Shown piece after piece: positions 17,533-25,773 of a DNA stretch of 32,141 bases (position 1 is its first letter; each line of letters starts with the position of its first letter). The position numbers and the translations under genes were made by a program. This DNA is from a virus (lineage: Duplodnaviria > Caudoviricetes), in IMG/VR virus record IMGVR_UViG_3300022183_000031, positions 1 to 32,141 of that record; one strand, 5' to 3'. The notes under the pieces were generated by a model that was not told the origin of the DNA, did not search any database, and saw only the letters and a program-made list of their open reading frames with translations.

Positions 17533-18057
17533 ATGAATAAACAAGAATTCTTTAAAGACATACCCGGTTATGAAGGGTATTATCAAGTAAGTAATCTAGG
17601 CAGTGTCAAAAGCCTAAGTAGAAGTATAAAACTTTCGAATGGAAGGTATAGAGTGCTAAAAGAAAAGATTTTAAAACCAACCTTAAACTCTACGGGTTAT
17701 TTATTAGTTATCCTTTATAAAGATGGTAAACAAAAAGCATATAAAATACATCAGTTGTTAGCTATGGCGTTTTTAGGACATATTCCATGCGGGCATAAAT
17801 TAATAGTTGATCACATCAACAACAACCCCTTAGACAACCGAGTAGAGAATTTACAAATAGTAACAACTAGAAAGAATTGTTCAAAAGACAAAAAAGGTTA
17901 TTCAAGTGAGTACGTTGGTGTATCGTGGAATACAAAAGATAAAAAATGGCGTTCGGCAATTTCAATAAACGGAAAAGACAAATATTTAGGTAGTTTTGAA
18001 TGTGAAATTGAGGCTAGTGAAGCGTATCAACAAGAAAAAAATAAATTAAAAACATGA
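17533..18057 (+). CDS. NUMOD4-HNH-AP2 homing endonuclease
   Basis: NUMOD4 (FKDIPGYEGYYQVSNLGSVKS), HNH (VDHINNNPLDNRVENLQ) and AP2-like tail (YVGVSW...KWRSAISINGK.KYLGSF..E.EAS.AY). Confidence 0.92.
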   Translation: MNKQEFFKDIPGYEGYYQVSNLGSVKSLSRSIKLSNGRYRVLKEKILKPTLNSTGYLLVILYKDGKQKAYKIHQLLAMAFLGHIPCGHKLIVDHINNNPLDNRVENLQIVTTRKNCSKDKKGYSSEYVGVSWNTKDKKWRSAISINGKDKYLGSFECEIEASEAYQQEKNKLKT

Positions 18058-20459
18058 GAATTTCGATCTATAAAAATATAAAATCAGTATCACCTCTAAA
18101 AGATACTTCAGCGATTAAAGTGTTAGAAGAAATAAAAAGTGTTAAATACAAAAAGCAGATAGCACAAATTCGAGGAGCAGAAGATAAAGAAACTAAAAAC
18201 TATTTAAAGTCAAGGTTGCCTTATGTTACTTTTGCTGGAACTTTTACAAGCCGTTCAAATGCAAATCTTAGAAAGCATAGCGGTCTTGCTTGTTTAGATT
18301 TTGATAATGTACAAGACGTTGACAATTTAAAAGAAAATATCAACAACGATAAACATACTTTTGCATCTTTCATTTCACCAAGTGGTGAGGGTTTAAAAGT
18401 TTTAATTAAAATTCCTTTAGTAGACAACAATGATGACTACCAAGACTACTACGTTGAGTTAACAAAATATTATAACCAATACCACGAACTAGATTCGTCT
18501 ACCAAAGACATTGCTAGAGCTTGTTACTTATCGCATGATGAGGATCTTTTTATCAATACAGAAAGCGAGTTATTTACGCAAAAGTTTTATAGACCTTTAC
18601 CGATAGAAACTAAGATAATTAATATCCCAATAACTGATGTAAATGAGGTTGCAGAAAGGCTAGAAAAGTGGTTTACAAAAAGATGGACATCAACAAACAG
18701 AAATACTAATTTGCATGCCTATGCAAGGCAAATGAATGCTTTCGGTGTGGATAAGTCCATTTGTGAACAATATCTTTTTAGATATGCCCAAAATGATTTT
18801 AAAGAGCAAGAAATACAGAAACTAATTGATTCGGCGTATCGCTATACTGCTGAATTTAATACAAGGTTTTTTGAGGACACAAAAAAAGTTAAACAGATAA
18901 AAAACATAGCTATTGCAGGTGAATCGATTGAGAAGTTAAAAGACAAAATAACTGATATTGATTTTAGTAAAGTTCAAGAAGAATTCGAACAGCATAAGCA
19001 AGAATTGAAATTAGACGAATTTTGGTTTTACACGGAGAAAGACCAAATAAAATTGGCTACTTATCGATTTTTGCAATACTTAGAGCATCAAAATATATTC
19101 AAATTTTATCCTGACAAAAATAGTGGTACGTTTTTATTTGTTAAAAATGATAAGAATTTTATAAGCATTTTTGAGGAGTCCAAGATAAAGGATTTTGTTT
19201 TAGCAGATTTAAGAGAAAGAGGTAAAATAGATGCGTTTGAGTTAATGGCAAATTCAACGAATTTATTTCAGCAAAACTATCTTTCTATGGTTAGCACAAT
19301 AGATGTAGATTTTAATAAAGATACTGCTGAAACGAGCTACATTTACTATCAAAATGGGGTTGTCAAAACAACTAAAGATAATATTGAGTTACTAGATTAT
19401 AAAGATATTGATAGTTTAGTTTGGAAAAATCAAGTTATTAAAAGAGATATTAAATTAAATAACGAGAGCGACGGTGTTTTTAAATCCTTCATTTGGAAGG
19501 TATCGGGTGAGGATAAAGATAGATACTACACGCTTAAGTCTGTTATTGGCTATCTTATGCATTCGTATCAGAATGAAGCGAAACCAAAGGCGATTATATT
19601 TAACGATGAGATGATTAGTGAGGACGTGCCAAACGGTGGTTCTGGAAAAGGATTAATACATAAGGCGATTGGTCATATTAAAAACGTATGCGTAGAAGAT
19701 GGTAAGAAGTTCGATGCTAAAGGTCAGTTTGCCTACCAGAAAGTCGAAAAAGACACTCAAATTTTCTTAATGGATGACGTGCCTAAGCATTTTAACTTTG
19801 AGAGTCTATTCAGTATTATAACCGAAGGAATGACTATCGAAAAGAAAGGACAACACGCATTTCAGATACCTTTTAAAGATTCGCCAAAAATTTCTATTAC
19901 AACAAATTACACCGTACAAGGTGAGGGAGCAAGTCATGAGAGGAGAGTTTTTGAGGTTGAGATTGCGAATTACTTTAATGAAAATCACACCCCAGAAAAA
20001 GAATTTGGACATCTTTTCTTTGTAAATTGGGATGAGAATGAGTGGCAAAAGTTCGATAACTTTATGACTAGATGCGTTCAGTATTTCTTAAAAAATGGGT
20101 TGGTTGAATCTAATAAAGTAAACCTAGAATTTAGGAAATTTAAGGATGATATGGGCGCAGAATTTATTGAGTTTATGGAATCAAAAAACTTTAATGGTGA
20201 AGCAATAAATAGAAAAGAATTTAGAAACGAATTCAATAGAGAATATCCAAGAGTCGCACAATGGAATACACCACAGAAATTTAATAAAAAGGTAAAGGAA
20301 TATTGCTCTTTTTACAATATGCGTATTGAGGAGGCTAAATACAATGGAGTGGTTTGTTTTTACATTTACGGTGCGAATACTTCTAACAGCGATGTAGCAG
20401 TAGAGGATGAGGATATTTGGGATGAGTTAGAAAGAAAAACGAGTTCAGAATGGAATTAA
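18054..20459 (+). CDS. Primase-helicase (VirE_N/BT4734-like N-terminus, PriCT-like domain, P-loop helicase)
   Basis: LPYVTFAGTF, HSGLACLDFD, SPSGEGLKV and DIARACYLSHD motifs; NRNTNLH; Walker A GGSGKG; FLMDD. Confidence 0.88.
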   Translation: MRISIYKNIKSVSPLKDTSAIKVLEEIKSVKYKKQIAQIRGAEDKETKNYLKSRLPYVTFAGTFTSRSNANLRKHSGLACLDFDNVQDVDNLKENINNDKHTFASFISPSGEGLKVLIKIPLVDNNDDYQDYYVELTKYYNQYHELDSSTKDIARACYLSHDEDLFINTESELFTQKFYRPLPIETKIINIPITDVNEVAERLEKWFTKRWTSTNRNTNLHAYARQMNAFGVDKSICEQYLFRYAQNDFKEQEIQKLIDSAYRYTAEFNTRFFEDTKKVKQIKNIAIAGESIEKLKDKITDIDFSKVQEEFEQHKQELKLDEFWFYTEKDQIKLATYRFLQYLEHQNIFKFYPDKNSGTFLFVKNDKNFISIFEESKIKDFVLADLRERGKIDAFELMANSTNLFQQNYLSMVSTIDVDFNKDTAETSYIYYQNGVVKTTKDNIELLDYKDIDSLVWKNQVIKRDIKLNNESDGVFKSFIWKVSGEDKDRYYTLKSVIGYLMHSYQNEAKPKAIIFNDEMISEDVPNGGSGKGLIHKAIGHIKNVCVEDGKKFDAKGQFAYQKVEKDTQIFLMDDVPKHFNFESLFSIITEGMTIEKKGQHAFQIPFKDSPKISITTNYTVQGEGASHERRVFEVEIANYFNENHTPEKEFGHLFFVNWDENEWQKFDNFMTRCVQYFLKNGLVESNKVNLEFRKFKDDMGAEFIEFMESKNFNGEAINRKEFRNEFNREYPRVAQWNTPQKFNKKVKEYCSFYNMRIEEAKYNGVVCFYIYGANTSNSDVAVEDEDIWDELERKTSSEWN

Positions 20460-22054
20460 GACCGTATCAAAAAGAGTTATTAGACAAAATTAATAACTCG
20501 ACAGAAAAAAGAAACTGCATACAAGCGCCAACCGGTTTTGGTAAGACTGTTTTATTTACGAAGATTATAAACGACTTCGAAGGTAGAGTACTAGTTCTAG
20601 TCAACAGAACGGAGTTAGTTGAACAAACGCTATCTAAAATTGAAAAGAGCGTATTTAAAATAGTAGCTGGGGTTCGTAAAATTGAACTTCAAGACGTCAA
20701 TATTGGCATGGTAGAAACTGTCTATAATAGAATTAAGAAAAACAAAATTAATGTTAACGATTTTGATTTGATTATAACAGATGAGGTACACAATATGCAG
20801 TTTAATAAGATCTACGACGGCTATAAAGGCAAATTATTAGGTTTTACAGCTACACCTATAACAATGAATACGGAAACGTTCTTTATTGAAGATGTGAAGC
20901 ATATTAAACATATTTCATTAGAGAAATGGTACGGGCCTTTAATTTGTGGAGTAAAAATATCGGAGTTAATAGAGCAAGGGTATCTAACACCAATTAAAAA
21001 CTACGTAATACCTAATTCTAATTTAGGTAAGTTAAAGACGGATAAAAGCGGTGAGTTTAGTTCTAAATCTCAAAATGATGTATTTGATAACCAAGCCTCA
21101 ATCGAGTGTTTGTATGATAATTACGAGCATCATTGCAATGGCGAAAAAACAATGGTATTTAACTCAAACACTAAAACCAATAAAGATGCCTATGAATACT
21201 TTTTATCAAATGGAGTTAATTGTAGGAGTTATGATAGCAAGAGCCTAGATGATAGAAAAGAAATTGTCGAGTGGTTTCGGAATACGCCAGATGCGGTTTT
21301 ATTTTCGGTTGGGGTTTTTACTACCGGGTTCGATGTAGATGATGTCCAAAATATAATTCTTAATAGAGCTACTAAAAGCCTATCGCTTTATCATCAAATA
21401 GTGGGCCGTGGAGGTAGAATAACCGATAAGATATTCAAACCTTATTTTAAATTGATAGATTTAGGAGGTAACGTCGATAGATTTGGATCATGGGCGGGGG
21501 ACGTAAATTGGCATCGTAAATACAAAGAACGTGTAAAACAAATTATAGAGAATTATTTTATTTGTCCTAGTTGTCTAGAATTCGTTAAATCAAATCCATG
21601 TAGTGAGTGCGGTGAATTAAAGCCATCGATAAAGGGAGAGACAGCCAAAGAGAAAGTACATCTTGGCATTGCAGTCTCGAGAGAAAAACTACCGATCCCT
21701 ACTCCTAAAATGATGATCGATTTTGGGTTGAGAACTGGAAAAGATATAAACGAGGTAAAAAACGAGGTTGCAGATTATTTGGTTCGAATGATAGCTTATG
21801 ACGGTATGAGTTATGAGAAATATTTAAACAATGCTAAAAAAATAGAGCAAAGGATAGTTAATATAACTACTCCTATTTGGTTCGCACTTCATAGATCAAA
21901 ATTAAAAGGTAATAAGCGTAGAACTATATTAGACTTTAAAAGAAAAGTATACAAAAGAATCGAGAAATATTATGATAAAGAAAAGAGAGGATATTATACA
22001 ACAGAAAATCGTAGTGTGGTTTCGCAACAATTTCAAAGAGGATCTAATTTTTAG
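20450..22054 (+). CDS. Superfamily 2 DEAD/DEAH-box helicase with zinc ribbon
   Basis: LRPYQ, APTGFGKT, DEVH, GFTATP, TTGFDV, QIVGRGGR, CPSC...CSEC. Confidence 0.93.
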   Translation: MELRPYQKELLDKINNSTEKRNCIQAPTGFGKTVLFTKIINDFEGRVLVLVNRTELVEQTLSKIEKSVFKIVAGVRKIELQDVNIGMVETVYNRIKKNKINVNDFDLIITDEVHNMQFNKIYDGYKGKLLGFTATPITMNTETFFIEDVKHIKHISLEKWYGPLICGVKISELIEQGYLTPIKNYVIPNSNLGKLKTDKSGEFSSKSQNDVFDNQASIECLYDNYEHHCNGEKTMVFNSNTKTNKDAYEYFLSNGVNCRSYDSKSLDDRKEIVEWFRNTPDAVLFSVGVFTTGFDVDDVQNIILNRATKSLSLYHQIVGRGGRITDKIFKPYFKLIDLGGNVDRFGSWAGDVNWHRKYKERVKQIIENYFICPSCLEFVKSNPCSECGELKPSIKGETAKEKVHLGIAVSREKLPIPTPKMMIDFGLRTGKDINEVKNEVADYLVRMIAYDGMSYEKYLNNAKKIEQRIVNITTPIWFALHRSKLKGNKRRTILDFKRKVYKRIEKYYDKEKRGYYTTENRSVVSQQFQRGSNF

Positions 22055-22283
22055 CGTACCGAACGAGCGAACGAGTGGGTGGAATAAGATGATCGCTATT
22101 GGTATGTTGCCGGGTGTAAGTGATTTGATAGTTGTACAACCTGATAGAGTTATGTTCGTAGAGGTAAAAGATTATAAGGGATTGCAAAGACCGAATCAAA
22201 TTATATTCGAGCAAAAAGTAAAGGCATTGGGGTACGATTATCACTTAGTGCGTAGCTTAGATGATTTTAAACGAATTTTTTAA
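21972..22283 (+). CDS. VRR-NUC nuclease (probable Holliday junction resolvase)
   Basis: E..IQ, FSVPNE, G...GVSDL, FVEVK...G.Q...Q motifs. Confidence 0.9.
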   Translation: MIKKREDIIQQKIVVWFRNNFKEDLIFSVPNERTSGWNKMIAIGMLPGVSDLIVVQPDRVMFVEVKDYKGLQRPNQIIFEQKVKALGYDYHLVRSLDDFKRIF

Positions 22284-22284
22284 C

Positions 22285-22372
22285 TATATTTGCTACAACC
22301 TTTTTTCATAATTTAGGTTTATTTCGTTTTAGGTTTAAAATGCGGTTAATTAATTTTAATCGCTTTTTTTTT
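22285..22372 (+). ncRNA. Candidate small RNA (promoter box at 22285, ~75-nt transcript, terminator) antisense to early-gene translation starts
   Basis: TATATTTG at 22285-22292; body contains TTTTTTCATAATTTAG and TTATTTCGTTT; terminator at 22342-22372; no plus-strand ORF. Confidence 0.6.
22342..22372 (+). terminator. Intrinsic terminator
   Basis: GCGGTTAA-TTAATT-TTAATCGC-T9. Confidence 0.85.
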
Positions 22373-22379
22373 ATTTTAC

Positions 22380-22411
22380 GCTTGTTTATTTGAATTAAAT
22401 AGTTATATTTG
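22380..22411 (+). promoter_or_regulatory. Bacteroidota-type promoter (probable early)
   Basis: GCTTGTTTAT at 22380, TATATTTG at 22404, then an AAACGAAA leader. Confidence 0.8.
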
Positions 22412-22433
22412 CACAAACGAAAAATTAATTATT

Positions 22434-22778
22434 ATGAAAGGAATTAAACAAATAAACACTTGCACCAGTTACTGCGCTTGTGGTGGATGTTTTGAACAAG
22501 TTCAAGATAGTAGCTTTAACTTAGATAAGCTGGAAAAGAATCAAGACTTTGAATATTTTATACCAGTAACTGATGAGCATCATATACATTTTGATTTTGA
22601 GCTAGTAGATAAAGAGGTTACACTAGTTAAATCTGAATACAAAGACGAACCATACGAATTAACAGAATCTAGTTTAAAGGCTTTGATTAAAAAAGTAGAG
22701 CAAAACAGTGAGTTTGAATTTGAGGACAGCGACTTTGTTAGCGATTGGAAACAGTTCGGAATGACTGGAACTTTATAA
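22434..22778 (+). CDS. Acidic hypothetical protein with N-terminal Cys cluster
   Basis: 114 aa containing CTSYCACGGC. Confidence 0.7.
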   Translation: MKGIKQINTCTSYCACGGCFEQVQDSSFNLDKLEKNQDFEYFIPVTDEHHIHFDFELVDKEVTLVKSEYKDEPYELTESSLKALIKKVEQNSEFEFEDSDFVSDWKQFGMTGTL

Positions 22779-22787
22779 AAAAACAAA

Positions 22788-23054
22788 ATGAAAAATTTAT
22801 TATTCATAATCATAGTAGTAGGAGTTTCAACGTTACTCGGTTATCTTTGGTGCTACAATACAGTAGAACCGATATACGTTGAAAAGCCTTGTATTGAAAA
22901 CTATGAGCAAAAACGAATAGAAAACTTAGACAAATTAAACTTTGAAATTAAACGTCAAGAGATGCTAGATGTTTACGAGGGTGTAAGAGGATTTGACAAG
23001 CAATACCAATTTTGGGATACTTTATCCTTTATTTTAGTAGAAGAACAATTTTAA
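22788..23054 (+). CDS. Membrane-anchored hypothetical protein
   Basis: 88 aa with an N-terminal hydrophobic helix. Confidence 0.7.
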   Translation: MKNLLFIIIVVGVSTLLGYLWCYNTVEPIYVEKPCIENYEQKRIENLDKLNFEIKRQEMLDVYEGVRGFDKQYQFWDTLSFILVEEQF

Positions 23055-23064
23055 TAAAAATACA

Positions 23065-23319
23065 ATGAATTTAAACAAAGAAAAAAAGCAAATGAATAAA
23101 CTACCTGAATGGTTACAAAAACTACGGCAAATAAGTCCTATGTTAGCCAGACAAGCTGAAACCGATTATATAGACCTTAAAAAGCAAATAGAACAGTTAA
23201 GGGTTGAAGAAGAAACAACCACTTGGGATGCGTTTTTAGAAGAAGTTAGAAAAAAGTGGGGCGAAAGTGATAGCGCCGAATTTGACGAATGGCTATATGG
23301 TCAATTAAATGAAGCTTAA
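23065..23319 (+). CDS. Hypothetical protein
   Basis: 84 aa; an alternative start exists at 23092. Confidence 0.65.
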   Translation: MNLNKEKKQMNKLPEWLQKLRQISPMLARQAETDYIDLKKQIEQLRVEEETTTWDAFLEEVRKKWGESDSAEFDEWLYGQLNEA

Positions 23320-23367
23320 AACTTAACTATGTTTTAATTTTTTAGTTACATTTGTACAAATTTTAAC

Positions 23368-23997
23368 ATGGATTTGACGAAAATAATTAACTCGCTGAAA
23401 GGATCGAAGTGGTATTTGATACTAGCAGTTTTTATAGGTTACTTTTTGTATTTATTTAAAAAACCAGTAGAAACCATAATGGAACTAGGCACGGAAAAGT
23501 ACTTAAAAGAAGTGCCAAAAAGAGTAAATAGAGACGTTATAGTCAACGAACTATTAGAGGAGCTTATGAATATTTGTGGAGCTAATAGAGCTTATATATT
23601 TAGGTTTCACAATGGGCAAAACTACTTCGATGGAACGCACAAGTTAAGAATGAGTTGTGAGTATGAAGTAGTGGGTAAAGGAATAGAACCACAAGCTAAA
23701 TTCTTAAAAGACATACCGACCTCACTTTATCCTAAATTTATTGCAGAAGTAGTCGATGGAACAATGCGTTACGAGGATGTAAGAGATATTAAAGACGCTA
23801 CAACTAGAGTGACGTTAAAAGAGCAAGGGATTTATTCTATTGCAGTAGCACCGTACTTTGATAAAAACGACAATTTAATAGCAATGATTGGAGTAGACTA
23901 CGTAGGTAGAAAAGCAAATAAAGATTGTATTTTAGAAAAACAAATATTTCAAAAAGAGGTTAACTCTATCGGTGAGGCCATGGTGAACAAGTTATAA
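23368..23997 (+). CDS. Membrane-anchored GAF-domain protein
   Basis: N-terminal TM (WYLILAVFIGYFLYLF), then a GAF-like pattern (GANRAYIFRFHNG...YEVV...L..QGIYSIAVAPYF....LIAMIGVDY). Own -7 box TACATTTG at 23347. Confidence 0.75.
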   Translation: MDLTKIINSLKGSKWYLILAVFIGYFLYLFKKPVETIMELGTEKYLKEVPKRVNRDVIVNELLEELMNICGANRAYIFRFHNGQNYFDGTHKLRMSCEYEVVGKGIEPQAKFLKDIPTSLYPKFIAEVVDGTMRYEDVRDIKDATTRVTLKEQGIYSIAVAPYFDKNDNLIAMIGVDYVGRKANKDCILEKQIFQKEVNSIGEAMVNKL

Positions 23998-24020
23998 TTT
24001 TTTTTGTATATTTGTGAATT

Positions 24021-24233
24021 ATGAGAACACTAGATTTAATTTTATATTCGTTATTGTCTTTGGTATATTATCTAATCTTTGTAATTGATAAGATAATAAC
24101 TTGCCTATCATTCAAATCAACCCCAAGTTTTAAAGCATGGATAGAAGATAAATACGAATTAAATCTTAAAAGAAATTCATTTATCAGAGTGGTTTTAATG
24201 CTATTGGTAATGACTCTAATATTAATTATTTAA
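24021..24233 (+). CDS. Small two-TM membrane protein
   Basis: 70 aa with hydrophobic termini. A -7 box TATATTTG at 24007-24014 lies just upstream. Confidence 0.6.
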   Translation: MRTLDLILYSLLSLVYYLIFVIDKIITCLSFKSTPSFKAWIEDKYELNLKRNSFIRVVLMLLVMTLILII

Positions 24234-24245
24234 TTTTTTTTAATT

Positions 24246-24533
24246 ATGGATAAACGCAAAAATAACGGTGGACATAGTACCAAAGGTTTCGCTGGCAGAA
24301 AGCCAAAGGCGAAAGAAATAAAAATTGCTGAGGAGCTAGATAAAGTTGCTGATTTAAACGCTGTGTTTAAAGCATTATTTGAGCGCGTAAAAGACAATGA
24401 TGTCGGGGCAATAAAACTATGGCTGTCATATAGACTAGGATTACCAAAGCAATCTATTGATCATACTACAAATGGAGATAATATAAATGCATCGATAACT
24501 CCAATATCTTTTGTAAAATCAAACGATGATTGA
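24246..24533 (+). CDS. terS: Terminase small subunit
   Basis: N-terminal NGG...GRKPK motif, C-terminal GLPKQSID.TTNG motif, and overlap with the TerL start. Confidence 0.75.
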   Translation: MDKRKNNGGHSTKGFAGRKPKAKEIKIAEELDKVADLNAVFKALFERVKDNDVGAIKLWLSYRLGLPKQSIDHTTNGDNINASITPISFVKSNDD

Positions 24534-25773
24534 AATAAATGATAAGTTTAAAACATTATTTGAGCAACCCAAAGACGTACGTTACTACGTTATTGTTGGA
24601 GGCAGGGGTTCTGGCAAATCGTTCGGCGTTGGTACGTGGGCCTGCTTAAAAACGTTTGAAAAAAATTGTCGAATATTATATACCCGTTATACTTTAACAT
24701 CTGCACACATATCAATTATTCCAGAATTTAATGAGAAGATAGAAATACTTAATGCAGATTCTAAATTTCATATAACAAAATCGGAGATAATAAATAAAGA
24801 TACTTCAAGTGATATTTTATTTAAAGGAATTAAAACCTCAAGTGGTAACCAAACAGCAAATCTAAAATCTTTGCAGGGGGTATCTGTTTGGATATTAGAC
24901 GAGGCCGAGGAGTTGGAAGATGAGAAAACCTTTGATAAAATAGACTTATCAATACGATCAAAAGATTCCCAAAACATTGTAATATTAATACTTAACCCAA
25001 CACTTAAAGAGCATTGGATATATCAAAGATTCTTTAATGACAAAGGAGTAGATGATGGATTTAACGGAGTAGTAGATAACGTTTGTTATATTCATACGAC
25101 CTACCTAGATAATTTAGATAACCTATCCGACAGCTTTTTAAATAATGTTGAAAATATTAAATTGAAAGATCCCGATAAGTACAACCATGAGATACTAGGA
25201 GGTTGGTTAGAACATTTAGATGGTGTTTTATTTGTTAAAAAAGAACTAAACTATTATAAAGGTGATTTAAAAGACTACGAAGCAAGCGCAGGGTTTGTCG
25301 ATATTGCAGACACGGGAGAGGATTACCATTCTGTTCCAATAGGAAAGATAATAAATGATAAAATTTACATTGACGATGTTTTATTTACTAAGCAAGGCAC
25401 GGAGTATAATGTAGAATTAACTGCTGAGATAGTAAACAAACATAAATTAGATATATTAAGAATAGAGAGCAATATGGGCGGTTCGATGTACCAACAATTA
25501 TTGCAACCTTTATTAAATAATGCGACTCAAGTACAACCTATCAGGGCAAAGACTAAAAAACACACTAGAATAACTACTATGGCAGGCTTTATTAAGTCCT
25601 TTTGTGTGTTTAGATCAGATTACGAGCATGGAAGCGACTATGACTTATTTATGCGCAATTTAACGCAATATTTGAAAGATGGAACGAGTAAACACGACGA
25701 CGCACCAGATAGTTTGGAGGGATTATGTAAATTATTTAGAGTATATTACCCACACATTTGGGATAATGTTTAA
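24526..25773 (+). CDS. terL: Terminase large subunit (PBSX-like)
   Basis: Walker A GGRGSGKS, Walker B WILDEAEE, LNP motif, and nuclease motif HDDAPDSL. Confidence 0.95.
   Translation: MIEINDKFKTLFEQPKDVRYYVIVGGRGSGKSFGVGTWACLKTFEKNCRILYTRYTLTSAHISIIPEFNEKIEILNADSKFHITKSEIINKDTSSDILFKGIKTSSGNQTANLKSLQGVSVWILDEAEELEDEKTFDKIDLSIRSKDSQNIVILILNPTLKEHWIYQRFFNDKGVDDGFNGVVDNVCYIHTTYLDNLDNLSDSFLNNVENIKLKDPDKYNHEILGGWLEHLDGVLFVKKELNYYKGDLKDYEASAGFVDIADTGEDYHSVPIGKIINDKIYIDDVLFTKQGTEYNVELTAEIVNKHKLDILRIESNMGGSMYQQLLQPLLNNATQVQPIRAKTKKHTRITTMAGFIKSFCVFRSDYEHGSDYDLFMRNLTQYLKDGTSKHDDAPDSLEGLCKLFRVYYPHIWDNV

Noticed and set aside
22280-22309. Minus-strand micro-ORF MKKGCSKYS* with an early-gene-like leader
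   Set aside because: It has only 9 codons and I found no convincing minus-strand promoter. The promoter box and T-tailed terminator are oriented on the plus strand, favouring an antisense RNA. Not fully excluded.
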